In this document: positions 19,957-28,949 of the stretch, in pieces | How positions within the stretch are numbered: position 1 is the stretch's first letter | Layout: every line of letters starts with the position of its first letter | From: Planctomycetota bacterium | GTDB taxonomy: Bacteria; Planctomycetota; B15-G4; SIAN01 | Direction: 5' to 3' | DNA: 64,000 nucleotides | Assembly (NCBI GenBank): GCA_031409275.1 | Contig: JANNXA010000055.1 | Location: 192,001-256,000, forward strand | The notes under the pieces: model-generated | Databases searched by the model: none | What the model was told of the DNA's origin: nothing | What the model saw: only the letters and a program-made list of their open reading frames with translations | Translations under genes and position numbers: made by a program

Positions 19957-20253
19957 TCACGGGGAGATACGACGGACGGTCACCGAGCCGCCGCGCACCG
20001 CCACCAGCCAATCGCCTTCGCCAAGCCTGGGCAACGCGACCTCGCCGCAGCAGTTCGCACCGCCGCTCGTTGCGCAGCCGCTGCAGTCGCACGCCTTCGA
20101 AGGCGCCGCGCCGCCCGCCGCCGGCGCCAGCTCGATGCCAGCCCACAACGCATAGTCGCGAGCCGCCGGCGTGACCAACGTGTCGCGATCCACGACCAGT
20201 CGCGAGCCGCGCGCCAGCCGGCGCAAGTCCGCCTCGGTCACCAAGCGCTTCAC
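19957..20253 (-). CDS. Small BMC-associated protein (98 aa) with Cys-rich middle segment
   Basis: GTG start overlaps the BMC-T stop (GTGA). MKRLVTEADLRR...DTLVTPAARDYALWAGIEL resembles the LITExDV...TPxARD module seen in BMC-locus proteins; followed by CDCSGC..NCC. Confidence 0.7.
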   Translation of the reverse strand: MKRLVTEADLRRLARGSRLVVDRDTLVTPAARDYALWAGIELAPAAGGAAPSKACDCSGCATSGGANCCGEVALPRLGEGDWLVAVRGGSVTVRRISP

Positions 20254-20855
20254 GAGGAGTTTCCCGGGCGCAACCACGCCATGAGGTCGGCGTGCGGTTG
20301 CGGGAGGAGGAGGGAGCCGAGCAGTTGCCCGCGCTCGCGAGCGAAGTGAAGCGCGGCCGCCAATGCGGCCTCGACTTGAGAGACCGTTCCGGTGGCGACG
20401 CAGTACGCCTTGCCGCCGAGCCCGTTCGCGGCGTTCACGGAGAGCAGCTCGATCGCCGCCGTCTTGAGCGCCGCGTCGGCCGCCAGCAGCAGCGTCGCCA
20501 CGGTCGCGCACTCGACGATCGCCACGGCTTCGCCGGCAGGGGCGACCGCCCCGCCGGCCAGCGCGCGCAGCAGGCGCGGCTCGACCTGCGGCAGGAGCAG
20601 CGTGTCGAGCGGCGCGTGCTCGAGTCCTTCTTGCGCGGCGCGCAGACCCGACACGACCGCGGCTGGCGCGCCCGCGAAGAGCACCAGCAACTTGCCGGGA
20701 GAGACCGGTCGGCACAGCAGCAGCGTGACGGGTGCCGCCTTCACCGCGCGATCGGCCGCGGCGAACCCTTCGGCAATGCTCGCGCACTCGACCAGCGCCA
20801 GCGCCTCGCCCTGCGCCGCCGTCGGCAACGCGAGATCGTCGAAGGACGGTTTCAT
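20250..20855 (-). CDS. BMC shell protein, tandem-domain BMC-T (PduT-like)
   Basis: Two BMC domains: ALVECASIAEGFAAADRAVKAAPV..SPGK and AIVECATVATLLLAADAALKTA..GLGGK..PQPH. Confidence 0.9.
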   Translation of the reverse strand: MKPSFDDLALPTAAQGEALALVECASIAEGFAAADRAVKAAPVTLLLCRPVSPGKLLVLFAGAPAAVVSGLRAAQEGLEHAPLDTLLLPQVEPRLLRALAGGAVAPAGEAVAIVECATVATLLLAADAALKTAAIELLSVNAANGLGGKAYCVATGTVSQVEAALAAALHFARERGQLLGSLLLPQPHADLMAWLRPGNSS

Positions 20856-20865
20856 CGCACCGCCA

Positions 20866-21525
20866 TCACGCGTCGCGACCGGAGAGGCCGGCGAGCGCCC
20901 GTTCCGCCGCGCGCGCCGCCTGCTCGATCTCCGCCTCGCCGCCGCCGAGGTAGACGCGCCCGAAGGCGCCCGACGCGCGCATCTCCAGCAGCTTGATCGG
21001 CGCCGCCTTCTCCGCCTCGTTGGCGGCGAGCGCGGCGTAGCCGGCCGGCTCGCACTCGAGGATGTAGAGCGTCTCGCCGCCGAGCAGCATCATCCCGTGG
21101 CGTTCACGGTTGATCAGCATGGTCTGGTAGTCGTCGACGTGCGTGATGATCTCGGAGGATTGGAGCTTCGGCTTGCGCCGCCCCTCTTCCTTCACGCCGA
21201 GGTAGTCGAGGATGCGCTGACCGGCGCCGCGAATCTCGCTCTGCGAGTCGGAGTGCAGTTCCAGCAGCCCGTACGCGCGCTCGACGATCTGCATGCCGGG
21301 GCGCACGTCATGCGACTTCAACGCGAGATCGGTGATGCGGTTGATGGCGATGCCCGGCGCGATCTCGACGTAGAGAGCGGCCTGGCCGGCGACCGGCAGG
21401 TAGCCGCGCGCCACCGTCGCGACGAACGACGCGAACTGCGGCTGCATCCGATCGATGAAGACGAACGAGCGCAGGTCGACGCCGCGCGTCGACGTCGGCT
21501 GCCGCTCGGGAGGTGGCGATTGCAT
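20866..21525 (-). CDS. BMC shell protein, permuted double-stacking trimer BMC-Tdp (CcmP/CsoS1D-like)
   Basis: [61 protein letters not shown]. Confidence 0.92.
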   Translation of the reverse strand: MQSPPPERQPTSTRGVDLRSFVFIDRMQPQFASFVATVARGYLPVAGQAALYVEIAPGIAINRITDLALKSHDVRPGMQIVERAYGLLELHSDSQSEIRGAGQRILDYLGVKEEGRRKPKLQSSEIITHVDDYQTMLINRERHGMMLLGGETLYILECEPAGYAALAANEAEKAAPIKLLEMRASGAFGRVYLGGGEAEIEQAARAAERALAGLSGRDA

Positions 21526-21540
21526 CGCGGCGCGCCGGGA

Positions 21541-21837
21541 TCAGCTCTCGGCCGCGGCGGCCGGCGGCGATGGCAGCAGCTGCTCGACTTCGGCGTGCGG
21601 GCGCGCGATGACGTGGACGGCGACGAGTTCGCCGACTCGCTGCGCGGCTGCGGCGCCGGCATCGGTCGCCGCCTTGACGGCGCCGACCTCGCCACGGACC
21701 AGCACGGTGACGAGTCCGCCGCCGACCTTCTCGCGGCCGAGCAGGGTCACCTTCGCGGCCTTGACCATGGCATCGGCCGCCTCGATGGCCGCGACGAGCC
21801 CCTTGGTCTCGATCATTCCCAGTGCGATCTGCTGCAT
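21541..21837 (-). CDS. BMC shell hexamer protein BMC-H (EutM/PduA-like)
   Basis: [62 protein letters not shown] upstream. Confidence 0.97.
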   Translation of the reverse strand: MQQIALGMIETKGLVAAIEAADAMVKAAKVTLLGREKVGGGLVTVLVRGEVGAVKAATDAGAAAAQRVGELVAVHVIARPHAEVEQLLPSPPAAAAES

Positions 21838-21858
21838 GTCGATTCACGTCCTCGGTCG

Positions 21859-21891
21859 GGCGCGACGCACGCCGAAAGGCGCGCGCACGCC
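21859..21891 (-). promoter_or_regulatory. Intergenic RNA stem-loop upstream of the BMC-H RBS
   Basis: Minus strand GGCGUG-CGCGCGCC-UUUC-GGCGUGCG-U-CGCGCC forms a 14-bp stem whose two G-U pairs work only on the mRNA strand; no U-tract. Confidence 0.55.
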
Positions 21892-21902
21892 TGGGTGGAT
21901 GG

Positions 21903-23405
21903 TCAGCGTTTGCGTGGAGGTGTCGGGTAGTCGCGGCCGCCGATCGAAGAGCCATGGAACGAAGGCGGTGCCGGCCGCCGCGGCAGGGATGCCGGCAAGA
22001 AGCTCTCGCGATCGAGACGCCGGCGCGCCTCCTCCTCGATGAAGCCGGGCCGGCCGAAGGCGAGCCGCTTGCGCAACATCAAGTTCTCGGCCGTGATGTT
22101 GTCCGACGTGATGTTGCCGCCGAACGCTCCACAGCCGAGCGTGAGCGACGGCTTCAATCCGGTCGACAGCCCGACCGCGCCGTGGCTGGCCGGCGTGTTC
22201 ACGAGGATGCGGTTGGCCGGCTTCTCGAGCGCGAACTCCCAGATGATCTTCTCGTCGTTGCTGTGGATGGTGAGCGTGTGGCCGCGGCCACCGAAATTGA
22301 GGATCTCGAGGCAACGCTCGCAGCCCGCCTTCCAATCCTTCACCACGTAGAACGCGAGGATCGGCGAGAGCTTCTCCATCGACAGCGGATGGTCCCAACC
22401 GACGCCCGTCTCCTCCGTCAGCAAGACCGGGCAGTCGCGCGGGACCTTGAAGCCCGCCATCTCCGCGATCTGCCAGGGATAGAGGCCGACGATCGCCGGG
22501 TTGAGCGCTTTGCCGTTCGCCACGACGCGCGCGAGTCGAGCGCGCTGATCGGCATCGCAGAAGTGGGCCGCGCGCGCCTTGAAGGCGGCGACCACGGCGT
22601 CACGGATCGGCGCGTCGACGACGACCGCTTGCTCGCTGCAACAGAGCGTCCCGTTGTCGAACGCCTGGCTCTGCACGATCGCCTCGACGGCAAGCTCGAC
22701 GTTCGCGCTCTTCTCGATGTAGACCGGGACGTTGCCCGGCCCGACCCCGATCGCCGGCTTGCCGGAGCTGTAGGCGGCGCGCACGAGGCCCGGCCCGCCG
22801 GTCGCGAGGATCAGCGCCGTCTCGCGCGCCTTCATCGCCGCATCGGTCCCTTCGAGCGTCGGCTTGGCGAGGCAGCTGATGAGGTCCTTCGGCGCGCCCG
22901 CACGCGTGGCCGCCTCGGCAGCGAGTCGCGCCACTTCGCCGATGCATCCCACCGCGCGCGGGTGCGGCGACAAGACGATCGAGTTGCGCGTCTTGACCGC
23001 GATCAGGATCTTGAAGATGGCTGTCGAGGTCGGATTGGTGACTGGGATGATCCCGACCACCACGCCGTAGGGCTGCGCGATCTCGTAGACGCGATTCACT
23101 TCGTCGCTGGCGATGACGCCCACCGTCTTCAGCGCGCGGATCGACTCCCAGACGCCGCTGGCGGCGAAGCGATTCTTGCGCGTCTTGCTCGAGACGTCGC
23201 CGAAGCCTGACTCGGCGCACGCCATGGTCGCGAGCCGATGGGCGTCGCGCTCGAGCACCGCGACGATCGCCGTGCAGACGCGGTCGACCTTGGCCTGATC
23301 CGCCTTGCTCCACGCGGCCTGCGCCACTGCCGAGCGGCGCGTCGCGTCGCGGGCTTCCTGGATCGAGGCGAGATCGGAGTCGGCAGCCATGAGGCGCGGG
23401 ATCAT
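21903..23405 (-). CDS. CoA-acylating aldehyde dehydrogenase (EutE/PduP/AdhE-ALDH type)
   Basis: DSDLASIQEAR, GIIPVTNPTST, SPHPRA, ILATGGPGLVRAAYSSGKPAIGVGPGN, FDNGTLCCSEQ, EKLSPIL, TLGCG..GGN.TSDN. Start ATG 23405 (ATGA overlap with the rodA stop) or ATG 23390. Confidence 0.93.
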   Translation of the reverse strand: MIPRLMAADSDLASIQEARDATRRSAVAQAAWSKADQAKVDRVCTAIVAVLERDAHRLATMACAESGFGDVSSKTRKNRFAASGVWESIRALKTVGVIASDEVNRVYEIAQPYGVVVGIIPVTNPTSTAIFKILIAVKTRNSIVLSPHPRAVGCIGEVARLAAEAATRAGAPKDLISCLAKPTLEGTDAAMKARETALILATGGPGLVRAAYSSGKPAIGVGPGNVPVYIEKSANVELAVEAIVQSQAFDNGTLCCSEQAVVVDAPIRDAVVAAFKARAAHFCDADQRARLARVVANGKALNPAIVGLYPWQIAEMAGFKVPRDCPVLLTEETGVGWDHPLSMEKLSPILAFYVVKDWKAGCERCLEILNFGGRGHTLTIHSNDEKIIWEFALEKPANRILVNTPASHGAVGLSTGLKPSLTLGCGAFGGNITSDNITAENLMLRKRLAFGRPGFIEEEARRRLDRESFLPASLPRRPAPPSFHGSSIGGRDYPTPPRKR

Positions 23406-24658
23406 AGCGCCGCATCTCGCGCCGGCGTCGCCACGCCTCGCGCATGGAACGGGTCGAGCGGCTCGCCCGACCGATAGAGGAACGGCTCGGCATCGCGCCG
23501 CGATCGGGCCGCCGAGATCACCATGCCGATCAGCATGAAGGCGGACAGCACCGAAGAGCCGCCCTGGCTGACGAAGGGAAGCGGGATTCCGGTCACGGGA
23601 ATCAGGCCCGTGGTCATCGCCATGTTGGCGAACGCCTGCATCACCAGCGCCGCGGCCGCGCCGGTCGCGACCAGCTGGCTGAAGCGATCGCGAGTGCTGG
23701 CGCCGACGGCCAGGCAGGAGAGGCCGAGCAGCAGGTAGAGCAGCAGCAACCCGCAACATCCGACGAACCCCCACTCCTCGGCCACCACGGCGAAGATGAA
23801 GTCGGTGTGACGTGCCGGCAGGTAGGAGAGGCGATTCTGCGGCCCCTGTCCGAGTCCCTTGCCGAACAGGCCGCCCGAACCGATCGACGTCTGCGCGCAA
23901 TGCGATTGGTAGCCGGCGCCGCGCTTCAGGTTGGAGAGCTTCTCCTCGAGCGCGTCGGCGGCGACCACATCGCCGGCGCGGCGTGCCGCCAGAGCCTTCG
24001 CCGCGAGCTCCGGCACCGATTCGAGGAACGTGCGCACGCGCTCCTTCTGGTAGGGCTTCAGGATCGGTGAGAAGTACATCGCCGGCATCAGGACGGCGGC
24101 GATCGCCGCGGCGCCGACGAAGTGGAGCTTCCTCGCGCCCGCGCACCACACCATCGCGATCAAGATCGGCACCAGCAGCAGTGCCGTGCCGAGATCGGGC
24201 TCGAACTTGATCAGCACGAACGGCAGGCCGACGATCGCGAGCGGGCCGAGCCAGTCGCGCAGCCGCGTCGGCGGGCGGCGGAACTCGAGCCAGCGCGCCA
24301 ACGCGAGCACCAGCAACGGCTTCATCACCTCGCTCGGCTGCAGCTGGACGTCGAACGGGAGCTTGAACCAGCGCCGCGCGCCGCCGACCTCGATGCCGAT
24401 GAACGGCACCAGCATCAGCAGCACGATGCCGACGGCGTAAAGCGGATAGGCGAAGCGCGCGAGCCGCCGCGGCGCGAATCCAGCGAAGGCGATGAGCGCC
24501 GGCAACGCGGCCGCGGCCAGCACCAGCTGACGGCGCTCGATCCCGGCGTTCTGCGTTCCGAGCGTGCTCGACCGGACGAAGAGGATGCCGGTGGCGAGCA
24601 GACTCGCCGCGAGCAGCAGGAGTTGCCATGGCAGATCGAGACGGCGCCGCCAGATCAT
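23402..24658 (-). CDS. rodA: Rod shape-determining SEDS glycosyltransferase
   Basis: GGARRW, QPSEVMK, EPDLGT, GYQ..SIGSGG..GKG, LPARHTDFIFAVVAEEWGF, PVTGIPLPFVSQGGSS; directly after the PBP2 gene. Confidence 0.95.
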   Translation of the reverse strand: MIWRRRLDLPWQLLLLAASLLATGILFVRSSTLGTQNAGIERRQLVLAAAALPALIAFAGFAPRRLARFAYPLYAVGIVLLMLVPFIGIEVGGARRWFKLPFDVQLQPSEVMKPLLVLALARWLEFRRPPTRLRDWLGPLAIVGLPFVLIKFEPDLGTALLLVPILIAMVWCAGARKLHFVGAAAIAAVLMPAMYFSPILKPYQKERVRTFLESVPELAAKALAARRAGDVVAADALEEKLSNLKRGAGYQSHCAQTSIGSGGLFGKGLGQGPQNRLSYLPARHTDFIFAVVAEEWGFVGCCGLLLLYLLLGLSCLAVGASTRDRFSQLVATGAAAALVMQAFANMAMTTGLIPVTGIPLPFVSQGGSSVLSAFMLIGMVISAARSRRDAEPFLYRSGEPLDPFHARGVATPARDAAL

Positions 24659-27096
24659 CGCGCGCCCTCGCCATCGATCGCGGCGTCCTCGGACGGCGAA
24701 CTCGACGGATCGAGGGGCGCCTCGTCGTCGCCACTCTCCTCACCCTCTGGCACCTTCTCGTCGATGCCGGCCGCGGCCGCCGCCATGCGAATGGCGGCTG
24801 CTTCGGAATCGCTGCGCCGCGCGATCGCCGAGACCTCGGCGAACGCGGGGTCCTGCAGAAGTTCGAGCAGGAACGGGCCACAGGCGTCGCCGCCGTGCAT
24901 CCCCGTACGCTCGACGAAAAGGGCGAAGGCGTAGCGCGGCGCCTGGCTCGGGAAGAAGCCGACCAGCCACGAGTGCGACAAGGGGCTGCCCGCCTGCTGG
25001 GGCGTACCGGTCTTGGTGGCGAGATCCCAACCGGTCAGGTCGTAGCCGTGCGGCGGGCCCGCCGTGCCGCCCGGCATGGTCACGCCGCGCATCGCTTCGA
25101 CGACGGTCGCCCAGGCGGCGGGGCTGATCGGCAGCGGCTCGATGGCGGGACGGGACGGCACCTCCTCGCCGATACGCGCGATCAACGTCGGTGGCTGGTA
25201 GCCGCGCATCGCCAGCGCCCCGATCGCCGCCGCCATCTGCAGCGGCGTCGCGTCGACCTTGCCCTGTCCCAGCCCAAGCAGCATCAGGTTGCGCCCGCCG
25301 TTCTCGCGCGCCGCGTTGCCCGCCGCCTCGCTGCCCAGACCGCGGATGCGGGTGCCGTCGACGAGCTCCGCCGAGGTGAAGCCGGTCTTGCGCCCCAGTC
25401 CGACCGACTGGTACCAGCCGATCATCCGCTCCGAACCGCATGCCGCCGCCGTACGCGCGAAGTAGTGGTTGCACGACTTCACCAGCGCGTCATGAACATC
25501 GATCGCGTCATGACGCCCTTCGCACAGCACCGGCCTGCTCTCGCCTGCGGCTCGCAGCTGGTCCTTGTCGCATTCGAGCAGCGTCCCGGGTCCGATCTTG
25601 CCCGCGGTCAGCGCGAACGCGGCGACCAGCGGTTTCACCGCCGAGCCCGGCGGCGCCGGAAAACACGGCTTCCACGCACGCGGATGGAGCGGCCGCAACT
25701 TCGTGTCGGCGACGAGTCGATCCCACTCCTCGGCGAGCTCGACGCGCGCAAGCGCTGGACACGACGCCAGCACGCGCACCTCCATCGACGGCAATTCCAG
25801 CAGCACGAACGCGGCTGGATGGAAGCGGCGCACCGGATCGCCCTCCTTGGCGACGCCGCGCCGCAGGATCTGCTCCGCGGCCTGCTGCAGCTTCGCGTCG
25901 AGCGTCAGCATCAGCTCCGCGCCAGCGCGCGGCGGCACCACTTCGAGCTCGCGCTCGATGCGACCGGAACGGTCATTCTCCGTCCGTCGATAACCACGCC
26001 GTCCGCGCAACTGCGACTCGTAGGCCGCCTCGAGCCCGTCCTTGCCGATCTCGTCGTCGGGCGTGATCGCGTCGAGTCGCAGCCGCTCGTCGAGCTCCGC
26101 CATGCGCTGCGACTGCTCGAGCGTGGGGAACGGCTCGAGCGCAAGGAGACTGCGCTCGTCGCGATCGTTCTCGTACGCGGCGATCGCCGCCGGCGAAGGT
26201 GGTCCGACCCGGCCGATCAGATCGGCGCAGACATCCTGCTCGGGTGGATAGACGCGGCGCACCTCCTCGCGCACGACGACGCCCGGCAGCCGCGCCGGAT
26301 CGGCGGCGAGGTCGACCGCCAGCGCGTGGGGAATGCGCTCGAAGAGCTTCGCGTCGCGATAGTCGAACTCGCGGTGCATCTCGCGTTCGCGCTCGTAGGG
26401 CCGCGCAGTCGGCGGCTCGTCCGCAAGCGAGCGCAGCACGCGCGCGTCGGTGGCACGGATCGCTTCGTCGATCCGATCCACGAGCGGCGGTTCCGCGGCC
26501 TCGATCCGGAGCGCGCGGCCGAGCGCCGCGAGCGTGATCGCTTCCTGACGCACGCGCTCGAAGATCGCGGCACGCTCCTCCACGAGACGCGGAAACGCCA
26601 GCGCTTGGGGTTCGCCACGGCGCAAGCGCTCGAGGCCCTCCTTGATCGACTCCTCGCCGACCAGCCAGGTCGCGTAGTAGAGGAGATCTTCACGACGTTG
26701 ACCGGGCTCGATCGCCGCGAGTTCGCCGACGCGAAGGGCTGCCAACTCGTCGAGGAAGGGCTGCGGGCGCTCCAGCACCTCCGCCACATCGCGCCGCTCT
26801 CCGGTCAGCAGATAGCGCGCGAGCAGGAGCTGGCCGCTGGCGGCGCCGCGACGGAAACCGGCGAAGACGAACGCGAGGTTCCAGGTCGTGCGATGGCTGG
26901 CGAGCGGGCGACCGGCGCAATCGACGATGGCGCCGCGACGAAAGCCGATCGCCTGCGCGCGCGTGCGCGCCTTGATCGCCTCGGTGTCCCAGAATTCGCG
27001 CTGGGAGAATTGCAACGTGGCGAGGCGCGCGACGATCGCAGCCGCGACGCCGACGAAGACGAGCCCGACCTGGAGCAAGCGCGAGCCGCCGCCCAT
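24655..27096 (-). CDS. mrdA: Class B penicillin-binding protein (PBP2-like transpeptidase)
   Basis: N-terminal TM anchor, RRGAIVDCAGRPLA, GKDGLEAAYE..LRG, LTLD; active-site motifs SAVK, SCN, KTGT; HSWLVGF; mre context. Confidence 0.88.
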   Translation of the reverse strand: MGGGSRLLQVGLVFVGVAAAIVARLATLQFSQREFWDTEAIKARTRAQAIGFRRGAIVDCAGRPLASHRTTWNLAFVFAGFRRGAASGQLLLARYLLTGERRDVAEVLERPQPFLDELAALRVGELAAIEPGQRREDLLYYATWLVGEESIKEGLERLRRGEPQALAFPRLVEERAAIFERVRQEAITLAALGRALRIEAAEPPLVDRIDEAIRATDARVLRSLADEPPTARPYEREREMHREFDYRDAKLFERIPHALAVDLAADPARLPGVVVREEVRRVYPPEQDVCADLIGRVGPPSPAAIAAYENDRDERSLLALEPFPTLEQSQRMAELDERLRLDAITPDDEIGKDGLEAAYESQLRGRRGYRRTENDRSGRIERELEVVPPRAGAELMLTLDAKLQQAAEQILRRGVAKEGDPVRRFHPAAFVLLELPSMEVRVLASCPALARVELAEEWDRLVADTKLRPLHPRAWKPCFPAPPGSAVKPLVAAFALTAGKIGPGTLLECDKDQLRAAGESRPVLCEGRHDAIDVHDALVKSCNHYFARTAAACGSERMIGWYQSVGLGRKTGFTSAELVDGTRIRGLGSEAAGNAARENGGRNLMLLGLGQGKVDATPLQMAAAIGALAMRGYQPPTLIARIGEEVPSRPAIEPLPISPAAWATVVEAMRGVTMPGGTAGPPHGYDLTGWDLATKTGTPQQAGSPLSHSWLVGFFPSQAPRYAFALFVERTGMHGGDACGPFLLELLQDPAFAEVSAIARRSDSEAAAIRMAAAAAGIDEKVPEGEESGDDEAPLDPSSSPSEDAAIDGEGAR

Positions 27097-27144
27097 CCCC
27101 CGCCATTCCTTCGCGCGCCGCCGTTTCGAGAGCGATCCGGTGCG

Positions 27145-27663
27145 CTACGCCGACGAGCGCCCCGACCTTGCCCGCCATGCCGCGAGAGTCGCGACGAGCT
27201 TGCGCCACCCGCTCGCCCCACCATCGCCGGCGCGCGCGAGTATCGGCAGCAGCAGCCCGGCCAGCAACGGCGCGTTCCACGACGCGGCGCTCCACGGCAG
27301 CGCAGCGGCGAGGTCGAACCACGCGAACAGTTCGCGCGCACAGCGCAGCAAGGTCGCCGCGGCGGCCGCAAAGAGGAAACGGGTCAGCGCGCTTTCGACG
27401 AAGACCACTTCGCGCATCGGCACCAGCACCAGCGCGGCGATGCCGCCGCCAAGCAGCAGCGCGCCGATCGGATCGGCGCTGAACGTGGAGAATCCGAGCA
27501 GAAGCCCGATCACGAGGCCCGCGGCGCGACGATCGGGCGCGCGCAACAGGACCGCGCCGATGGCGACGCCGAGCAGGTCGGGGGCGACATCGATGTGAGC
27601 ACGCCACGCGCCCTCCAGGACGCCCAGCAGGAGCCCGATGGCGAGTCCGATCGGCAGGCTCAC
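27145..27663 (-). CDS. mreD: MreD-like integral membrane protein
   Basis: About 172 hydrophobic aa with VAPDLL motif, between mreC and mrdA; GTGA overlap with the mreC stop. Mostly positional. Confidence 0.65.
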   Translation of the reverse strand: MSLPIGLAIGLLLGVLEGAWRAHIDVAPDLLGVAIGAVLLRAPDRRAAGLVIGLLLGFSTFSADPIGALLLGGGIAALVLVPMREVVFVESALTRFLFAAAAATLLRCARELFAWFDLAAALPWSAASWNAPLLAGLLLPILARAGDGGASGWRKLVATLAAWRARSGRSSA

Positions 27664-28922
27664 GGCGCTGCGCTCCACGCGCCAGCCGGTCGCCAAGCGA
27701 CGACGCGACCCACCGGCTCGGGCGTCGCGACCAGCTCGCAACGGCCATTCTTCTCCGTCAGCGCGCCGATCAGCAGTCCCTCCGGGGTGCCGTCCGCGCT
27801 TGCCGCGGTCACGACGAGCGCCCCCTCCCACGCGAGCCCGACCGGCGGACGCACTTCGATGGTGCTCCCGTGCGCCCGCACGACTTCGAGTTCGAAGGCC
27901 AGGACCGTGCCCTCGACCAGGGCGAGCGCACGCTGGCGGAATCCGGGGTCGCGCACCGTCTGCACCAGCGCGTGGCCGAAGCCGGCGCGGACGACGCGGC
28001 CGAGCAGGTACCCCTCGCTCGCGACGGCGCTCCCCGGAACGATGCCCTGCTCGCGGCCGTCGCAAAGGCGTGCGAACGCGCGGCGCGAGTCGACGACGGA
28101 GTGGGCGAGCAGCTCGCTCGCGCAGGGATAGAGGTCGGTGTCGCTCGGGAGCGGAAGTCCCGGCGGAAAGCGGATCGCCACTTCGGCCAGCCGCTCGAGC
28201 GGACGCAGCGGCTCGATCCGCCACTCCTCCCGTTCGGCCCCCTCGGGCAGGTCACCGCGCACGAGCCGACCCAGCACCGCGGCGTCGATCACGCGATTGG
28301 CGGCGCCGCCGCGCGGACTAGGCGGATCGAGGGCGAAGGCGAAATCGCCTTCATGCAGCTCGACGCCGCCGTCGGCGTACGCCACTCGCAGCGCCGTGCT
28401 GCCATCCCCGAGCGCCAGGAAGCGCGCTTCACGTCGCCCGGGTGCACCGGCGCACGCCGACAGGCGGGTGCCCGACTTCGTCACCCGCTCGAGGCGAATG
28501 CTCCCGTTGGAACGAGCCGCCGTGAAGCCGACCAGCTGCTCGCCGTAGAAGGCGGGTTCGCCGGGTGCGACTGCGGCCGGCGGCATCAACGTCAGTTCGA
28601 GGCCGTCCGCCGTGCCGAGAGGGACGACGCCGAAGCGCCCGTCGCGTTGCCACCCGCGAGCCTTGGGTGGCAGCACGCTCTGGCGCAGCGACGCGAGCAG
28701 CTCGGCGACGCGCGGGTCGGCGGCCGCTGCGGGCGGAGTGGAATCAGCGGCGCGGGCGGATCGCCGCGCCGGCTGCACGAGTCCGCGCAACGTCCACGTC
28801 AGCTCCTCGGCGAGCTCGTGCGCGCGCTGGATCGCCGGAATCGGCAAGAGTCCGCTGATCCCGACGAGGACGAGGATCGCCGGCCAACGCTTCGGAGCCG
28901 GCTCCTGCAAGCCGTCCGCCAT
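27660..28922 (-). CDS. mreC: MreC-like protein (divergent, apparently duplicated beta-domain)
   Basis: N-terminal TM; C-terminal DGREQGIVPGSAVASEGYLLGRVV..LVVTAASADGTPEGLLIG matches the MreC pattern; follows mreB. Confidence 0.7.
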   Translation of the reverse strand: MADGLQEPAPKRWPAILVLVGISGLLPIPAIQRAHELAEELTWTLRGLVQPARRSARAADSTPPAAAADPRVAELLASLRQSVLPPKARGWQRDGRFGVVPLGTADGLELTLMPPAAVAPGEPAFYGEQLVGFTAARSNGSIRLERVTKSGTRLSACAGAPGRREARFLALGDGSTALRVAYADGGVELHEGDFAFALDPPSPRGGAANRVIDAAVLGRLVRGDLPEGAEREEWRIEPLRPLERLAEVAIRFPPGLPLPSDTDLYPCASELLAHSVVDSRRAFARLCDGREQGIVPGSAVASEGYLLGRVVRAGFGHALVQTVRDPGFRQRALALVEGTVLAFELEVVRAHGSTIEVRPPVGLAWEGALVVTAASADGTPEGLLIGALTEKNGRCELVATPEPVGRVVAWRPAGAWSAAP

Positions 28923-28949
28923 GGTCGCCTCTCTGCGCGCCGACTGTCG

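Noticed and set aside
23406..24881. Apparent 490-aa N-terminal extension of the aldehyde dehydrogenase (ORF 21903..24881)
   Set aside because: It is an alternative frame over rodA with low-complexity Arg/Ala content; the enzyme begins at 23405 or 23390. Not a RodA fusion.
24628..28131. 1167-aa plus-strand ORF
   Set aside because: Antisense to mrdA/mreD/mreC, which carry clear motifs or context.
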